A DNA stretch of 64,000 bases from Diplonema japonicum (Eukaryota > Protista > Euglenozoa: Diplonemea): assembly GCA_964019335.1 (NCBI GenBank), contig OZ025727.1:372001-436000 (forward strand). Direction: 5' to 3'. The position numbers were made by a program, and so were the translations under genes. How positions within the stretch are numbered: the first letter of the stretch is position 1; every line of letters starts with the position of its first letter. Positions 61,529-64,000 of the stretch are shown piece by piece. Below the pieces are notes generated by a model. The model had not been told where the DNA came from and ran no database searches. It was given only the letters and a program-made list of their open reading frames with translations.

Positions 61529-64000
61529 ATGGACCCTAGACGAAACGTCGTCGGAGACCGCCGCCCGCAGGAGGAACGCCTACGAGAGACGCCGACCAAG
61601 CCGACCACCCGACCAGACCGAAATCTGGCCGGGCAGTATGACCCCTCCCCTCCCCTTAGATCCCCTCTAGATGTCGTCAAAAATAATAAAAAACATAAAA
61701 ACCAGGCAATCTGGTTGGGCACAGAGACCGCGGTTTTGACCGCCGCTGCTACAACCACGGCCGCCCCAGCCACCCTGAACGCCGCAGCCGACCCTGCCGC
61801 CCTAATCGCCGCAACTGAGACCGCCGCAGCCGCCCCTGCCGCAGCCACGACCGCCGCGACCACGACCCCTGCAGCCGACCCTGCTATTGTTGAAGAGGGA
61901 AGAAAAGAGGGAGAAAAAAAGGGGTGGGTACTGGTGTATGGTGAACACCCTCCCGGGTTGAGGACGGGCCCGGCCCCTGCCTTCCCGAAAGCCCTGCTTT
62001 CAGGAAAGTGGGAGGCCCTGTCTGGGAACTCAGGGAGGGAGACCCTCCAATACGGGTACCGGTGGGAGGGGACGAACGCCAAGGTGCGCCCCACCACGGG
62101 GATCCCAGGGGGGGCGGAGGGGTGGGTGAGGGAGGTGGCCGCCGCCGCAGGGCTCGAGGTGGTCCCCAACCAGGTACTTGTCAACAAGTACAAGTCTGGT
62201 TGTGGGATTGCCGCCCACAAGGACGACGCGAGGCTGGGACCGATTGTCCTAGTCCTCTCGTACGGAGCCGAGACCACAATGGTCATGAGGAGGGGGGACA
62301 GGGTGGCGAAATACCTGGTGCCCCCCTTCTCATGGGCATTGTTGGAAGGTGAAGCGAGACACCAGTGGACGCACCACATCCCGTCCGGGATGTCCACTGG
62401 TGTCAGGGTGTCGATCACCCTGCGTGCGGTAGGCCCCAAGCTCACCCGCACACCCCAGGAAGACCCATCCCCTGGGTTAACAGACGAACCCCCTTTTTTA
62501 GATCCCCTTTTTTGTGGGCAAGGGGGGGTGGCACTCCCAAGAGAGGATAGTGCCCCACCCGCCCCCCTTTTTTTTTTAGAACCCTCTTCGGAGGAAAACA
62601 GACCCTCTTCGGAGGAAAATAGAGAGAAAGGGGAAGAGGTGGCACTCCCGAGAGAGGGTGGTGCTCCTCCCCCCCATTTGTCCCCCCCTTTTTCATTTTT
62701 AGAGCCCTCTCCAGAGGAACCCTCCACGGAGGTAAAAAACAGACCCTCTTCGGAGGAAAAAAAGGCAGAGGGAGAGACAGCACGCCCGAGAGAAGGTAGT
62801 GCCCCTCCCTCTCTGCCCCCCATTTTTTCTGGACCCTCTACGGAGGTGTACACCCTGGTCCCCAAGGGCCGGGGGCTTTTTTTGAGGGTGGAAGGGAAAG
62901 AAAAAAAAAAAACAAACAAGGAGGAACCTTTTTTCTTTTCAAACAACCAGGGGGACCCAGCACCCACCCCCACCGCCCGCCTAGGTGTGGTTGGGGCGGA
63001 GGCTGCGAGCGACGTGAGAGCACCACTGCACACCCTTGTGAGAAGACAGAAAAGAGCCCCCTGGATTGCCATGGGTGGCAGGGAACCTAAGCCAGCGCCC
63101 AAGCGGAAGAAGAACAGGAGGAGGCACAGGAGCGAAACGGCCCTTCAGAGGCGTCGGGAGAAGAGGACCAAGGCGAGGGAGGGGGCGAGGGAGGCTGCCA
63201 GACAGGAGAAGAAAAGGCACCGTCGTGCGAGGAAAGAAGGGAGGAGGAGGGCCCGCAGAGAGGAACACGAGGCCGCCCTGGAACAGAAGCCAGATGACCC
63301 TGCAATGGGGCTGAAGCGGACCGAGGTGGGAACGCCTGGAGCCCAACCCCTGGCACCCAGAATCCCGGCACCTGGGGCTGCAACCGGCACAAGGAGGCAC
63401 CGCAGACGGACGGGACACAGCAAGGAAGGGGTGAGATGGGAGCACCTGGGGGTGTGGGCCTGGGTCGCCCTGGTCTCCCTCTTGCTGATCCCAGGGGTGA
63501 GGCAGGTGCTGGGGGCGGGCATCGGGATGGCCCCCTCCTTCCTGCATGCGGCAGTGTTGTGGAAGAGGCCGGGGAGCGACAGGAGGACCACCCGCAGGTC
63601 AAGGGTACAGGTGGGGCCCCGAGGGGATGAATGGTCCGCCGGGGAGCTCGCTTGGCTAGCAGTAGGGGGCACTCTGGTGGGAAGCACTTCAGTTTGGATA
63701 GGGGGGCTGATGTCGCTCTGGGCCATGTCGGAAGTGATGGTGTGGAAAGCTGGTGCTGACCCGGCCCAGAGATTCGGACCGGTAAAGCTGAGGAAGACAA
63801 GACGCGGATCGAGAGGTCACTACCTGCCGGTGTACTTGGGCCCGCCTAGAAGCTCAAGACGCAGAAAAAAGAAGGAAGACGCCAAGCAAGCGGCGAAGGA
63901 ACGAGCCGAGACGGAGGATAAGCTCTTTCAGGCCGAACACCTGGACCCCTTTGCGGACTTGACGCTGGCAGGGGACGCGTTGCAAGGAGGTGGTGACCCT
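61529..64000 (+). CDS. Large ORF (>=824 aa, 3' partial) with AlkB-family 2OG-Fe(II) dioxygenase domain; probable retroelement polyprotein
   Basis: Hand translation finds no stop from ATG 61529 to 64000. Domain ~61925-62425: RETLQYGYRW, PNQVLVNKY..G.GIAAHKD, IVLVLSYG, LEGEARHQWTHHIP, RVSITLR. Confidence 0.9.
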   Translation, partial: MDPRRNVVGDRRPQEERLRETPTKPTTRPDRNLAGQYDPSPPLRSPLDVVKNNKKHKNQAIWLGTETAVLTAAATTTAAPATLNAAADPAALIAATETAAAAPAAATTAATTTPAADPAIVEEGRKEGEKKGWVLVYGEHPPGLRTGPAPAFPKALLSGKWEALSGNSGRETLQYGYRWEGTNAKVRPTTGIPGGAEGWVREVAAAAGLEVVPNQVLVNKYKSGCGIAAHKDDARLGPIVLVLSYGAETTMVMRRGDRVAKYLVPPFSWALLEGEARHQWTHHIPSGMSTGVRVSITLRAVGPKLTRTPQEDPSPGLTDEPPFLDPLFCGQGGVALPREDSAPPAPLFFLEPSSEENRPSSEENREKGEEVALPREGGAPPPHLSPPFSFLEPSPEEPSTEVKNRPSSEEKKAEGETARPREGSAPPSLPPIFSGPSTEVYTLVPKGRGLFLRVEGKEKKKTNKEEPFFFSNNQGDPAPTPTARLGVVGAEAASDVRAPLHTLVRRQKRAPWIAMGGREPKPAPKRKKNRRRHRSETALQRRREKRTKAREGAREAARQEKKRHRRARKEGRRRARREEHEAALEQKPDDPAMGLKRTEVGTPGAQPLAPRIPAPGAATGTRRHRRRTGHSKEGVRWEHLGVWAWVALVSLLLIPGVRQVLGAGIGMAPSFLHAAVLWKRPGSDRRTTRRSRVQVGPRGDEWSAGELAWLAVGGTLVGSTSVWIGGLMSLWAMSEVMVWKAGADPAQRFGPVKLRKTRRGSRGHYLPVYLGPPRSSRRRKKKEDAKQAAKERAETEDKLFQAEHLDPFADLTLAGDALQGGGDP

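Noticed and set aside
61381-63102. 573-aa minus-strand ORF
   Set aside because: Antisense shadow of the AlkB ORF; low complexity, no motifs, and opposite to the SL orientation.

Overview
Eukaryotic nuclear DNA, almost certainly from a diplonemid (Euglenozoa). A 39-nt euglenozoan spliced-leader (SL) exon lies at 61348-61386. All ~22 recognisable host genes are on the + strand, separated by homopolymer-rich spacers, and several carry very short (32-57 nt) GT-AG introns. Host genes include a four-domain voltage-gated cation channel with an atypical D-D-N-D filter, a protein kinase, a sugar porter, FAM184, NIT1, eIF4G, a probably inactive TRF4-like nucleotidyltransferase, a papain-family protease, a Rab GTPase, a beta-propeller glycoside hydrolase and two tandem 61-aa Cys-rich microproteins. 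Mobile DNA comprises a decayed non-LTR retrotransposon RT at the left edge and two non-autonomous hAT-type elements with 6-bp TSDs, one containing a nested piggyBac. The most interesting feature is at the right edge. The complete SL exon is joined in DNA to a 142-nt leader and an uninterrupted ORF of at least 824 codons (61529 to the window end; missing from the supplied ORF track because it has no stop). This ORF encodes an intact AlkB-type 2OG-Fe(II) dioxygenase domain, internal repeats, a basic region and membrane-like segments. It looks like the 5' end of an SL-capped or SL-targeting retroelement carrying its own nucleic-acid demethylase. The RT that would prove this lies outside the window, so the retroelement call is inference.
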